Shown: piece after piece, positions 1 to 21,659 of the stretch
Layout: each line of letters starts with the position of its first letter
Position numbering within the stretch: position 1 is the first letter of the stretch
Assembly (NCBI RefSeq): GCF_009914755.1
Contig: NC_060941.1
DNA: 64,000 bases
Strand: one strand, 5' to 3'
Source: the human T2T-CHM13v2.0 reference genome, Homo sapiens
Position numbers and translations under genes: made by a program
Notes under the pieces: model-generated
Database searches by the model: none
What the model saw: only the letters and a program-made list of their open reading frames with translations
What the model was told of the DNA's origin: nothing

Positions 1-286
1 AACAGGGAACTTTAGCTCTGTAGCCACAGGGTCTACAGAGGTGTCGGGCTGTCGGGTTATTGCTGGGAGGTGAGCCGGTGGCGTAGACACCATGGAGGCA
101 CCGGTAGTGGAAGAGCTGCAAGTGCACACAGAGGCCGGCACCGAGGGGCGGGGAGGAGGAGGTGGTGGATTTCTCGCCAGTGTTGGCATCATGTTGCCTC
201 CAGCATCAGAGACCCAAGGTGTGGCTGACCTTGGCTGGGGCGATGAGTCATTGGATAGCAGAGCCTTCCTGGTAGCTGGGGGTTAA

Positions 287-999
<713 letters not shown>

Positions 1000-1499
1000 C
1001 TAAACTGTACACTGTATCTTTTCTTTCTCTTTTGCTTTTTGTTGTCAGTTTTCTGTATTACTTATTGCCAAACAACATGAACAGGAAATTGAAAGGAAAA
1101 CTTCAACAATCATTGGCTGTAGCATTTCTTCTGTGTTCCATTCAGTGCTTGTCTCCTCAGGAACATGACATAGGGTTTGATTTAATTATGAAAGGCGTAT
1201 ATTTTCAGAGTTTTATACTCCCCATAGAATGAATGTTGAATTCTGTTCTTTTCACTTGAAATTAGATCTCAGGCATGGATTTCATGATTATCACTATAAT
1301 GGCTCTTCAGAGTGGACATTGCATCTTGTAGGGAACCACCCTCTCCCCAGCTGCTGGTGTGGACGCTCCTCCTTGATGGTGTGGGTCTGGGCCCCTGAAG
1401 GGTGGTGTCCTGAGTAAAGATGTTACAGTAGCCATGCTTATAGCTTTGGGCCCGGGGCTAGGTGGAGACTGGCTTCAACCCTAGAGCTTGCTGTCTTAA

Positions 1500-1780
<281 letters not shown>

Positions 1781-1795
1781 AAAATAAATTCTTAG

Positions 1796-3027
<1,232 letters not shown>

Positions 3028-3611
3028 CCACTTGCTTTGGCTGCCTTTCTCTGTCTTAGGTAACCATACATTTCTCCAGGTAATTAAGAAAAGATTGCGC
3101 ATGATGAGTCCCTTTTCTGGTATTTCTGGGATTGCCCCCAAAACCAGACAAGTGTTCTTACCTTGACATTTTATTAAGACTTTAATGAACAGAATGCCGT
3201 TTGCCCTCAGTCTGCTGGTCCCCCTGCGAAGGCCCAGGGCTTCCTTGTTTGAAAAGTCATCCCCTTGTCGAGGTCTTTGATTCCTTTTCACCACGGCAGT
3301 CATGCCGAGGGTCCACAGAGCCACCCCTTCCCCATCTCTTCCTCGGCCCCTCAAGACGCATCTGTACCCCCGGAGATGTCTCTTTGTTTTCTTGGGCCAC
3401 CTCTCCTGGCCGTCACTCACCCTGCTGACTCATTACTTGTGCAACAGTTTCTTCTGGAACCCTCAGGCTCCTGCCACCTACCCTCTGCAGTCCCCGTTTT
3501 GTTCCTCTTGCCTCAGTCTTCCTCCCCATCACCCCTCTACCTGTTGGTCTCCATCTCTGTCTATGGCACATCCCTGTGTTATACTCTGATGGCTGGATAA
3601 AGGTTGAGTGA

Positions 3612-4058
<447 letters not shown>

Positions 4059-4238
4059 TAAGCCACCAGGCCTGGCTGTAGTTGGCAGTTTTTGACCACT
4101 GGTCTCGCTCCACGTGATCTGTGATCTTCCCCTTGGCCCCCTGGCCCTGCCCTGTTCATCTGCTCACCTTTCTCATGCATGCGGTTTGTTCATAGGGTAT
4201 GTAATGGGGTCTAACCAGGAAATGGAAACCGCTTGAGC

Positions 4239-4240
4239 AT

Positions 4241-4271
<31 letters not shown>

Positions 4272-4707
4272 TTTTTCCCAAGACAAGGTCTCACTCTGTC
4301 ACGCAAGCTGAAGTGCAGTGGTGTGATCACAGCTCATGGCAGCCTTGAACTCCTGAGCTCAAGCGATCCTCCCTTCTCAGCCTCCCAAGTAGCTCGGACT
4401 ATAGGTGCACACTATATGCCTGCCTAATTTTTTCTTTTATTTTTGTAGAGACAGGGTCTTGCTTTGTTGCCCAGGCTGGTCCTGAACTCCCAACCTCAAG
4501 CAATCCTCCTGCCTCAGCCTCCCAAAGTACTGGAGCTACAGGCATGTGCCATCACGCCTTGCTAATTTTTGTATTTTTTGTGTGTGTGTAAAGACAAGGT
4601 CTTACTATGTTGCCCAGGTTGGTCTTGTACTCCTGGGTTTATGTGATCCTCCTGCCTGGGCCTCCCAAAGTGCTGGGATTACAGGCGGGAGCCACAGTGC
4701 CTGGTCC
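4239..4707 (-). mobile_element. AluJ-type composite (three monomer arms) with (TTTA)n tail
   Basis: Alu arms with AluJ-like ctcaagcgatcctcc segments. Confidence 0.85.
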
Positions 4708-4814
4708 ACTTGAGCATTTAGAACAGAAGGACTTAAAGGCGGGGAACTAGTTACACAGATGATGGGAGAGGTGAAGGCCAGACAGGGAACAGAGAGGCAA
4801 TCAGCAGGAAATCA

Positions 4815-6520
<1,706 letters not shown>

Positions 6521-7144
6521 ATTGTGGGGGTGACCTGGAGATTGGCAGCAGGGTGCCACCACCACCCCTAGGTGGGGATGAGAGGGAGGAAGTCCTGTGA
6601 CCAGAGTCCAGGGGCCAGAGTCACCTGCTGGGAGCCCAAACAAAGGTGGGACTCTGGCAGGAGCTGGAACTACACAGAGGACCACCTCTCCTGCTGGAGA
6701 AGCTGTCTGAGGCAGAGGAGGTGGAGAGCTCCCGCGCCCTCCCTTGCTTCCACCTCCCAGGTTCCTCCCAAGCCTCTCGTTGGTTGAACCCAGCCCAAAG
6801 CCAGCAGGCCTGGGGACCTGGACACCTGAGCCAGCAGAGGTCGGCGTTTCTCCCACACAAAGGAGGGCACAAGAAGTGGGAGGCACGGAGGGGGATCAGG
6901 CCAGGACCCACACAGGATGTGCAAACAGGAGCTCCCCTCTCTTCCCACCCCAAATGGCATCTGCAGCCGGCCTCACTTCCCTGCTGTTAGACAGGAAGAG
7001 GAACCTTGTTCCCGGCACCAGCTGCCCCCACCGCCCCCCACCCCACGGAGGCCCCTTTCCTCTCTGGCCTTTGCTTGCAATCATTGGCGACGCTGATGGA
7101 CCATATCTTCTGGGGAGTTTGGTCATGAACATGGTTTCCCATTT

Positions 7145-7532
7145 GTTGTGGACCAAACTGTGCCCTTCCCCTTGAATTCCTGCGTTGAAGCCCTAACTCC
7201 CAATGCAGCTGTAATTGAAGATAGGGCTTTTAGGGAGGTAATTAAGGTTAAATGAAGTCATAGGGCAGGACCCTAATCTAATAGGATTGATGTCCTTATA
7301 AGAAGAGGGAGAGACACCAGAGATCTCTCCTCCCCCCTCACTTGTAAACAGAGGAAAAATGACCGGAGGACACAGCAGGGAGGTGGGTACAAGCCAGGAA
7401 GAGGGGCCTCGCCGGGAACTAACCCTGACGGCACCTTGATCCGGGACTTTGGGCCTCTCAAACTGAGAAATACATGTCTGTTGTTTAAGTCACTCCCTCC
7501 ACAGTAATCTGGATGGCAGCCTGAGCTTACCA
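7145..7532 (+). mobile_element. MLT1A-type MaLR solo LTR
   Basis: gaagccctaactcccaatg...gtaattaaggttaaatgaagtcatagggc...ccttataagaagagg...ctgagaaatacatgtctgttgtttaag. Confidence 0.85.
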
Positions 7533-7542
7533 AGGCACCGTC

Positions 7543-8780
<1,238 letters not shown>

Positions 8781-8879
8781 GCTCAGAAGAATCGTGGTTG
8801 CATGGTGATGGTCTCCATCCCGTCTAAAGAAGTTGAAGATGAACTGTTGGCACAAGCCATCGTTCTTTCAGGCTCCTTC

Positions 8880-9470
8880 CAGTCGTTCATTCTTTTAAAA
8901 ATGTATTCATTGAGCACCTGCTGCATGCCAGGTGCTGTGACAAGCACTGGGGCACAGCAGTGAGCAAACAAGGACTCTTGTTTCTTGGAGTTTACATGCA
9001 GTAGAAGGAAACAGAATCAATGAATTCATCAGTTCTAGAAACTATCAAAATAGGACTAAGAGCTGTGGTGAGAATTAAGATAAGGTGATTGCATAGAAAG
9101 TGACTGATGGCTGCTTTGGAATGAGTGGTGAGGGGTCACAGAGATGATGACAGCTGAGTTGAGATTGGGAAGACAGGAAGGAGCCAGCAGTGCAAGGACT
9201 AGGCTGGAAGCAAGCTTGGTGCATTCCAGGAACAGCAAGGAGGCCAGAGGGGCTGCAGTAGAGCAGGCGAGGAGGAGGAGGGAGACGCAGGTCAAAGAGG
9301 AGCCTGGGGCCAGATGGAGGACCCTCCCTCCAAAGCTCAGTCATTTCCTCCTTAAAGGAGAATGTGTTACCTCCAAAAGTCACATATGCCAGCACAGTGT
9401 CTGGCTCATCATATGCCTTCAGTAGGCGGTGAGCATGGCTGTTCTTGTTATTACTACATCACAATTACTA
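8880..9470. mobile_element. L2 fragment followed by a MIR fragment
   Basis: gtattcattgagcacctgctgcatgccaggtgctgtg (L2 3' end); agcacagtgtctggctcat...gttattactac (MIR/L2 tail). Confidence 0.6.
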
Positions 9471-10046
9471 GGAATAATGGAGTCACCAGGCTTTGCATTT
9501 ACAGCAATGTGAGGGAGTCAGCAAGCTTCCCTGGGGAACCCATCTCCCCTCACTAAGTTCATAAGAGCCTGATAACCAGGTCAATGTAGTGAGAGCTATA
9601 GCTGCCCAGTGTACTGGACTCTTTAGCCACGGGCCAGGACACTTTCATCTCAGCAGAAACCTCTAAGGGGACTGGGGAGTGTGCTGTGGATGTTTCTGGG
9701 TTACTCAGACCTCCTGGGGAGCCTTCCCCACCGCAGCTGCTGCAGGGAGCTCAGCTGCAGTGATGAACTGCGGCTCAGCCTTGTTTATGGGAAAACCCTA
9801 CATGGGAGATGGGACGGTTTCCTGTTGGTTCTCTCGGCCTCAGGTTGCTTTCACAAGTGCAGGGATTCTCACCTGGGTGTGTGAATGGGGCTCAGGATGC
9901 CCCAAGGGTATGTGGAGATGGGGGTCAGCTGTCTTCTCTGATGCCTCTGAACCTCCTCCCCCTGCCTTTCTGCATCTCATTGCTTCCTGGCCTCTCTCAC
10001 TTTGGGTGCTTTGGAACAACATGCAATCCAATACACAGGCTGACTT

Positions 10047-10224
10047 TATTATTTTGTTTTGTTTTATTTTATTTTATTTTGGAAACAAAGGCTCTGTCAT
10101 TCAGCCTGGAGTGCAGCGGTGCAATTGCAACTCACTGCAGCCTTGAACTTCTGGGCTCAAGTGATTCTCTCGCCTCAGCCTCTCAAAGTGCTGGGATTAC
10201 AGGCATGAGCTGCTGTGCCTGGCC
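10047..10224 (-). mobile_element. Alu monomer (FRAM/AluJ fragment)
   Basis: Single Alu arm with T-rich tail. Confidence 0.8.
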
Positions 10225-10564
10225 TAGGCTGGCTTTAAAAGCTCCTCACTCTCTCTGCATCCTGATGATACCTACCTCCTGGAGCAGGCTCCCAGCCATT
10301 GGCTTCGGATACTTTGTAGCTATTATTGGCCAGTTGTGGCATGTGAAGCTGAGGCTCAGGAGAAGGGCAGTCCTGTCCAAGGCCACACGGCTCAGTGCTA
10401 ACACTCAGACTTCAGTGTTTTTATCTCCCTCCTGGTCGCTTCCACCCTTAGTGCATCTCTGGAGGCCCAAGGGAGCTAAAGGCCAGGCTTTGGTCAGCTA
10501 AGAATTTAAAAAAGCTGTCTCTGTGCTCCTCTGTCAATCCATCACTCCATTATCTCCCCCGACA

Positions 10565-10889
10565 ATGAATTCAGTTTGAATTTCAGATAAACAAGGATTA
10601 ATTTTTAGTATAAGCATATCCCACAACAGACTTGGGATATACTTATGCCTAAAAATGATTCATTGTTTGCTGGCCTTAGTAGCTCATGCCTACAATCCCA
10701 GTGCTTTGGGAGGCTACAGTTGGAGAATTGCTTGAGTCCAGGAGTTCAAGGTTACAGTGAGCCATGATCATGCCACTGAGCTCCAGCTTGGGTGAAGCAG
10801 CAAGATCCTTATCTCTTCAAAAAATTGTTGATTGTTTATCTGAAATCCAGGTTTAACTGAGCATCCTGTATTTTATATGAGAACCCTAT
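10565..10889. mobile_element. MER53 palindromic hAT MITE interrupted by an Alu monomer (+, about 10672-10823)
   Basis: tttgaatttcagataaacaa...tttagtataagcatatccca...tgggatatacttatgcctaaaa...tgtttatctgaaatcc...tttaactgagcatcctgtattttat matches the recalled MER53 consensus. Confidence 0.8.
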
Positions 10890-11348
10890 ATAGGTGAGAC
10901 CCAGAGTCCCAATGCCCACTGGTAAGCCTTTGCAGGGAGGCTCTGTGGGTCCTTGGCTGGCACTGATGCCCTGTGATGAGCAGGGCCATCTGGCAAGGTG
11001 GACGCCTGCTGCCCATGCAGGCAGAGCAAGGCCCTGGGCAGGTATGAGCTGATCTCACCTTCCCCAGCCTGGGAGCCAGATACTGTTGGCAGCTTGCCGT
11101 CAAGAGAGGGGCTGGTCACCAAGAGAGGGGCGGCCTCCATGGGCCTTCTTTGGCTTTTGGCTCTCCCCCAGCCCTCCTCCTACCCCAAACAGAGGCCAAC
11201 GGCACCGCACCAGAACCAGTGTGCTGCCTCCTTTGGTTGGCATTTTGTAGTTGGGTAGACTGTTTCCTTCTCACAGGAGCTGGTGGTGCCCCTTCCGCTT
11301 CACAGGGAGGATGGCTGAGACCCCTGACCTTGACACAGGGTGCTGTTC

Positions 11349-11500
11349 TTTTTTTGTTTTGAGACAGAGTCTTGGTCTTTTCACCCAGGTTGGAGTGCAG
11401 TGGCATGATGTTGGCTCACTGCAGCCTCCACCTCCTGGGTTCTAGCAATTCTTCTGCCTCAGCCTCCTGAGTAGCTGAGATTACAGGCGTGCACCACCAC
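11349..11500 (-). mobile_element. Alu right-arm fragment
   Basis: Alu 3' half only. Confidence 0.85.
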
Positions 11501-11913
11501 TGAGAACAATGCCTTCTACAGTGTTTATTCTCCTGTAGGAGCAAGTTCCTAAGGCAAGGAGGTTGCTCCCCTCATGGATGAATAAATTGACTTTGATCCA
11601 CAGCCCCACGTGTCAGCCTTGAGGGTGGGGAAAGGTTGTTCTGTGTCTAGGCAGGGGGTGGGGGCAAGGCCAGGAGGGCCTGGTGCCCAGTGTACCTCTT
11701 CAGGACACAACTCCAGGTAGCAGAGGCCAAGGACAGAGGGGAGGAGAAGAGGGAGGTGGCCATTATCTCCTTATCTCAGCTTCCTTTGGAGATAAGCTTG
11801 AGTATTTTAGTTGTCCACTAAGTCTGGAGATAAGTCTGGAATTTAAACCTTTGACTTTGATCCAGCCCTTCACAGCTCCTGTGAGCAAACTGAGCCTCAG
11901 AAAAAGGGAGTGA

Positions 11914-12954
<1,041 letters not shown>

Positions 12955-13427
12955 AGGAATAGATTCTTTTCTGTAGATGACTTCTGTCATTATTGAAAAT
13001 GGATGTTTATGCACAATTGAATTGTCATAACGCCTCATCCTAAAAAGCTCCTTTTTGAGAAAATGTGACTTTTGATAGAGGAGAGACTGTCCAGGCCTCA
13101 TTCATTGTCAGCACAAAGGCAGAGCAGGGGTGTGGCGGTGTCACCCTCCTCTGAGACAGCCCCATCCCTGCTCTGCCCAGGGGTTCAGAAGTCTGGTCTA
13201 TTCGAGCCCACAGAGGGGTTTGGAGTGGCTGTCTTACATCACAGGTGGGGTCTGTAAGGATCTGAAATGACCTTTGAGAAGGCGGGTGTGGTGGGTGCAT
13301 TTCAATCATTAAAGTAACAACAATGATACATCAAATAGTGTCTGCTCAGATTCTGAGTGCCTGTTTAAACATTTCCATCTTGTGACTTGCCAGATTCTAG
13401 CATAACAACCCAGGTAAAAGAAAAAAT

Positions 13428-14955
<1,528 letters not shown>

Positions 14956-14959
14956 ATCA

Positions 14960-15160
14960 CTTATTGAGTTTTAATTTTGTGCCAGGCACTGTGCTAGTAC
15001 TTGCGCCATGTGACCTCATTGACTCGGAATAACCTATGAGTAAGCACCATCTCTGTCCCCAAGGAAGCTGAGACTCAGGAAATGGAAGTCATCTCCCAGG
15101 GCCCACAGCAAGGGCCTGGCGAGGTCTGCGTTCAAATTCTGATCATCTGACTCCAGGCTT
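14960..15160 (-). mobile_element. MIR
   Basis: cttattgag...gtgccaggcactgtgctag...aacctatgag...gaagctgagactcag. Confidence 0.7.
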
Positions 15161-17102
15161 TCCTGCCTCCTTTGCCTCCCAAAAACTCAAATACTTTCAT
15201 CTGGGATGACTCCAGACAGCTAGATTTCAATTGTCTTCTCTCCTTCTGAGTATGTTTTATTTTAAAATCACATAAAGATAACTCACTTCTCAACTGGAGC
15301 CACGGAATCGTTAGATGTCTTGGAGACTTTTCTAGCTACCTCTTTGCTGGACTCAGACACAGGCCTGAATAATTAGGTCCAAGGAGCTGAACTGGAGCCG
15401 CTCGTGGCCAGAGGTCCCTTCCTGGGAACAGCAGTGGCGGCAGCGGCTGCGCTGAGCCTGGCAATTTGTTCAAGAGCAGGGGATGCTCAGGCTGCGCTCG
15501 CCCCCTTCTTATGAACGGTTTGCTTTGCGTCTTCTCTGTGCCAAGGGCTGCCAGGCACCAAATGCCCATTTTAGGAAATCAGAAAAATAAACAGTGTAAA
15601 TAAAACAAAAACTCCACCCAAGAAATCTGAGACAGATGCTGTTTTCCCCACCGTTTCTCCACCCCCATGCTGGGTTTGGAGAGAGTGGGCCAGCATGTTT
15701 CCTACGGATAAGAGGCCCTGGGGTATTTAACCTGGATGGAACCTCTTCTATTTTCCTTTTGCCTGGTGCTAGGGGGCAGAAGGCAGGGGTGGTGTCCATC
15801 TGGCCCAGGGAGGAGGATAGGGCAGCCTTTGTCGCCGGCATCCCCTGCAGAGATGTCTCAGCCAGAAGTGACTCCATCCTCAGGAACGTGTGTCCTGTTC
15901 TTTGCTGGGCGGCCCCTCCTTACCCCCCATTGTTTCCACAGTGGGGTGTGCTAGATTTATGGGCAGAGTTCTGGTTCACTCTCAGCCCCGGACAGCAGAA
16001 TGTCCCAGTAGTGCACTGATGGTGTGTGCGTGGGGATGTGTGGAACAGGGGATAGTGACCCCGTGTGCGTTATATGCAGTGCGGCTTCCAGTCGGGTGTG
16101 TGAAGGGGGTGCTCATGGCCATCGTGGAAGTGAGCTCAGCTGGGGCTGGAGGGTCCAGGCTCACTGTATGCCACTCAGCAGCCTTGGGAGTGGGGTTCAT
16201 CCTCCTCCCCGCTCCTCTCCCCTCCTGGTCCTGGGCAGCCCACCGGAGCTGCACTCTGGGCCATCTCTCCTGGTCTTAAGGAGGCTGTCATTTCTGGGAG
16301 GCAGATGCTGGCCCTTCCATCCTTGCTTCCTGGAGATCTGCGCCGAGGTCTGCCTTTCTGTCTGGAGGGACTGGCCAGGAACCCCTGGGTTTTCCTGGTG
16401 GGGTTTTTGTTGCTTAGCAGTGAGCAGAGTGAGTGGGCACCAAGAGGAGGATGCTGGGTGAGGTCACGGACATGGCTGGGGCAGGCTGGGGGTGCTGGAG
16501 GTGAATTCCGCAGCTGTGCGACCTTGGGCAGTTTGCCCAGCCCTGGGCCTCGCTTCCTCCTCTATGAAATGGGGCGGGAGCACCTGCCTGCTGGGGTTGT
16601 GGGTTGGGTGAATCGGAGCTAAGGTACAGCTCACAGCCTGCCGTCAGACCCTCGCAAGCAGAAGTGGGTGTCCCTGCTCAGCGTCCTCCGGTCCCTCCTT
16701 CAAGGCTCAGCTTTGTCCTCATCTCCTCCATGAAGCCTCCCTGGTTACTCCAGGAGTCACGACCCACACCCTCTTTGGAGCCTTGTGTCACACGCATTTC
16801 TCACGGTGTTGCTTTCCCTGGAGGATGGGTTCAACTAAAATTGGGGCCCATCTTGGGGTTCCCTCCAGCACCAGAGAAGCTCAGGCTTAGTAGAGATGGG
16901 TACCCTGTCAATACTAGTTCCGCGAAGGATACACTGTGCTCATTCTGCTGCCAGTTGCTGAGTCTGGTGTCCTGTAGTTATGGAACATGTGTACAGGCCT
17001 GGGCTGCTGGACACGAAGGCCAGATGGGCAGTTCACTCTGCCTCCGCTCTGAGCCTTTAGAAACAAGCTGGCTGCACCCATTTCCATCTGGTCACAGTTT
17101 AG

Positions 17103-17392
17103 GAGTGGGGTTGTGGAATGGATGGAAGGAAGGATGAGTGGGTGGGTGGGGGGGTGGGTGGGTGGGTGGATGGATGGATGGATGATGGGTGGATGGGTTG
17201 ATGGATGGGTGGATTAGGTGGACAGGTGAATGGATTGGTGGGTGGGTGGGTGGGTGAAGGGCTGGATAGGTGGGTTGGGTGGATGGGTGGATGGATGTGT
17301 GGAGGGGTGGTGGGGTGGATGGGGTCCATGGGTGAATGGATGGATGGATGGGTGAATGGAGTAAATGAGTGGGTGGATGGATGGATGGATGC
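17103..17392. repeat. Degenerate (GGAT)/(GGGT)n tetranucleotide array
   Basis: Direct reading. Confidence 0.95.
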
Positions 17393-18382
17393 TGCAAGAG
17401 CCTTTCTGGAGGGTTCCAGGGAGGAACTGGCATCTTTGACCAGCAGCCAGCATGGTGATCAGATACAGGGAGGTGTCTGGGTCTGCCTGATCCCTTATCT
17501 CACTGTTGGTGGGACTGGGCTGGTTATGTGTCCCTGAAGCTCTCTGAAGGGTGGCTGTATGGCATTGCCCAGGGGACATCCCCAGAGTGCCGTGCTCTAC
17601 AGCAATAGGGTGGCCGCCTGTGCTCCCAGGGCCGCTCCTCCTGGCAGCCTTTCGGGTTTGCTTGGCTTAGCACCTCAGCAAATCTCCTCGAGTTAGGACT
17701 TGCCTGCCATGAGCCTCTCCAACAAGCAGCCCCAGGCCAAGGCCTGTGTGTGGGCAGAGGGAGCGCATGCCGCGGGAGGCTGCATTAATCTGAGGTTCTG
17801 TTTTTGTTCCCTCCTGGGGCAAAAGGTAAAAATAGCCTGTCCCACTCCATCCCCAAATCCAGCCCGGCTGCACCCAGCCCTGGGAGTGAAGGGGGCTGGG
17901 TCAGGACTGCCCGTGAGTTGTAGACCCTGGTGTAGGGAAACCCTGATTCATAAGACGGGTGGACATGGAGGAAGGAGGAGACTCCGTCCAGCAGAGACAC
18001 GCTTGGGTGCAGCCCAGCTTGGAGTCTGATGGACGTGGGCTCACCTGTGTGCAACTCTCATTCACTGTGTGGCCACAGGGAAGTGACACTCTGTGGAGAC
18101 TCAGATTCCTTATCTGCAAAACAGGGGTAGTAGGGCTTGGGGGAGGATGTGTGTGAAGGTTTGGCCCAGGGCCCCTCCAGCAGCCAGACAGCAGTGGCTG
18201 TCATCCCTCCAGCGTCCAGGGTTACCTGGGGGAGTAGGGCCTCTGTCCCCAGATGGGCCCCGTTTCTGGCTCTGGAACTCACAGCAGGAGCAAAGGCGAG
18301 GACATTCCTGGTGTTAATCATCCACCCGGAGGGAGAGCGCCAGTGGCCTTGTGTGACCTTTGCCCTTTGTCTCTGTCTTTAG

Positions 18383-18439
18383 GAGGCACGCGGACCTCCA
18401 GTGGCCGGCTCCGGAGGCTTGGTGACTCCAGTGGCCCAG
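18383..18439 (+). CDS. SEPTIN9: SEPTIN9 isoform 1 coding exon 2 (57 nt, phase 1-1), encoding (G)GTRTSSGRLRRLGDSSGP(A)
   Basis: Acceptor tttgtctctgtctttAG at 18381-82, donor CAG|GTAGGT at 18440; translation matches SEPT9_i1 N-terminus MKKSYSGGTRTSSGRLRRLGDSSGPALKRS. Confidence 0.96.
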
Positions 18440-19666
18440 GTAGGTGGCTCGCTCCGCCCTGGCCCCACCCAGCTCATGGGTGTGTTTGTGCTGGGGTCCC
18501 TTCATTCTGGTCTGGGACCTGCCTCCCCACCTGGCTTCCCTGGATGAGTGGGGCCACTTGCCCATTTCCCAGGGAGACGCAGTCTTTGACGGCTTTGGAC
18601 TCAGGTGGCTTCCAGGCCTGTCGACGCTGCCCTGCTGGAGATGATCCTTGTGGGGGCAGGGGCAGCCACCCCCAGGCTCAGGGAGCAAGCCCGTGTGTGC
18701 GGGACAGAGGAGAGAACAGGAGATAGATAGGGCTGGATGATTTGGTTTGAGATGCTGAGGGGACAGATGTGCCATGGACAGGTGGCTTTGGCCGTGAGCC
18801 TCTCGGTGTTGGTTCAGTATCTGTGGGCTCCCTGCAACCTTGCAGGATGGAAGATGCTCCAGGATAGAGCAGATACGTCCGGTGTTATCTAGGAGGAAAT
18901 AAGTGGGCCTCTGGCAGTGGTCACTGTGCTACTCCTTGTGCTTTTTCCATGTGTTTGGAAATTTTCCACACTAACCAGTAGGGAAGGGAAACAGATGCAC
19001 CCATCAGAGCTCTGGGGCTGGCCGTCCAGGACAGGAGTTACAGCTTATAGGCTTGAAGGGACTCTACCAACACTGGGTGCAGCCTGGGCAAGGGAGTGGG
19101 ACAGAGAGGTCAGGGCTCTGCCTCCAGCCCTTGCCCCCCAGGGCTGAGTCTGCGCGTCATCTTCTCCCCACTGGGTGTCCCTGATCTCCCCTGCCTGACC
19201 CCAGTGTGGCCATGCTAGTGCCTCTGTTTCTGGGAGCCTACGTTGTTCTTGGCTGTCACTTCCAGCGGCCAGGCTGGGACAGGTGCCCATCTAGTGGCTT
19301 TTCTATTTGGAGAGGATGATGGGTCACAGCAATGAATGGACTTACCTCCCCTAGGAGACGAGGAGCTCTGAGAAGAGCAGAGATGGCGTGGTCACCTGTG
19401 CATATGTGCTGGGGGCCAACTGGGTGCCAGACCCCTGGCTGCCATCATGGTGGCAGACAGGCAGGGACTGTGCCTTCATGAATTAGCCATTCTAGAGGAG
19501 ACAAAGTTACCAAAGGACACGGACCCGGAGTCAAATCCACACAAATAGAGCGCCTGTGGACCAGGGCTGCCTTCAGAACAAGGTGAGACAGCCGTCCTGC
19601 CAGGACAAGGCGCCTACGGGGGCAAGGGCATGTGCCCATCTGGAGCCGCCACCTCCATGCTCTAGA

Positions 19667-19897
19667 CCAGCTCCGTCTAATAGAACCTTCTGTGATGGTG
19701 GGTCTGTTCTATACATCTGCACTCCGCCATCCTGTATGGTAGCCGCTTAGCCGCCTGGGTCTATTGCACACTCAAAGTATAAATGTTTACGTTTACTTTA
19801 TTCACTCATTTACTTGCATAGAATTATTTATTTATTTTAAATGGATTTCCACTTATATCTACGTGTGGCTAGTGGCTATGAAACTGAACAGTTCCAG
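19667..19897. mobile_element. MER3-like hAT-Charlie MITE
   Basis: gtctaatagaaccttctgtgatggtgg...ggtagccgcttagccgc...cgtgtggctagtggcta. Confidence 0.75.
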
Positions 19898-21124
19898 ACC
19901 ACACTGGCACCTGAGACCTCAGAATTCTAGACCCAAAGCCTGCTTCTGATCCTGAGCTTGCTTCTGTGGGGACAGCACAGACGCCTCCTAAGTCTGCCTT
20001 CCAGAGGTGGATGCAGTGCCCGTGGACTGTGCACCACCAGGCCTGGACAGTGGAGAGGGTGGCTTTTTACAGGGAGTGGGAGTGGAGGGGATGCCGTGTC
20101 CACATTGAGTGCATGTGAGGCCCCTTGCAGTACAGGATGGGACTGTATGTGGGAAGAGTGGGGTGATGCTCTGGCTGGAGGCCCCTGGGCAGCTGCATGA
20201 TTCAGCGCTGTGGTTAAGAGGGGCTCCGCCCATCGCAGTCATGTTGGGCACTAACCACTGGACAGCCCAGCCGCTGCTGTGTTTCTGGGGAGCTTTTCTC
20301 CGGCTCCGCATCTGATCTGCCTCTCCATCTCCTTCCCTCTCATTGGCCAGCTTCTGGTGGAATGGGTGGGGAGGGTCCCCCAGTTCTTGTGGGGGTTGCA
20401 TCTTGGGAACCTGGCACCCTGGGCTGCATGGACACAGCCTCCCCCGGCGGTTGCTTCCCTCTGCTCAGACTGGCTGGTTCTGTGCTGTCAGCACTTGGCA
20501 GCCACGATCACAGCTCAGCTTGGAAGCCTAAGGCATAATTTGCTGAATCCCAAAGCTGCAAGCTGGTGATCTGGGTTTGCGTGGGACTGCCTGCTGACAC
20601 ACGGGGTCCTCCCTCTGTGGGCCTCTGTGGGCTCTGGCCCGAGACACCCTTTCCTCATCTTCTTGGCTTCTTTCTTTCTCCCTGCCTCCCTTTTGCTAAG
20701 ACCCTGGTCCAGGCAGGAGTTCATTCCTAGACGCCCCAGCATCTCCGGCCTCCCCATTTGACACTCCCCAGACGACTGTCTGCCATCCCATCCTCCCAGC
20801 CCAGCTTCTCTGTAGATCCACATCTGGCCAATCTCCTATGTCTGGGACTCTTGCCCTCCCCAGAAGGACGAAGGCTCTTCTCGAGGTTGTGTTTGGGACT
20901 GGGCCAGGGATGACATTTCTGGCAAAAGCTTAAATGACACCATGATCAACGCTTTGGTCAGCTCACACACTTTCTTTCCTTTTAAAAAAAAAATGGAATT
21001 CTTAGAGCTACAAAACAAAAATGTAAAGAATAAGGTAATAAAACACCTGTGTACTCACCATCCCGCTTAAGAAGTGAGACATTGCAGGTGTAGCCGCAGC
21101 CCTGGGTGACCCTCTCCATCCTAG

Positions 21125-21659
<535 letters not shown>

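Noticed and set aside
92-286. 64-aa ORF with good Kozak context (caccATGG), MEAPVVEELQ...
   Set aside because: No recognisable homology, not a known SEPT9 N-terminus, and no suitable phase-1 donor identified
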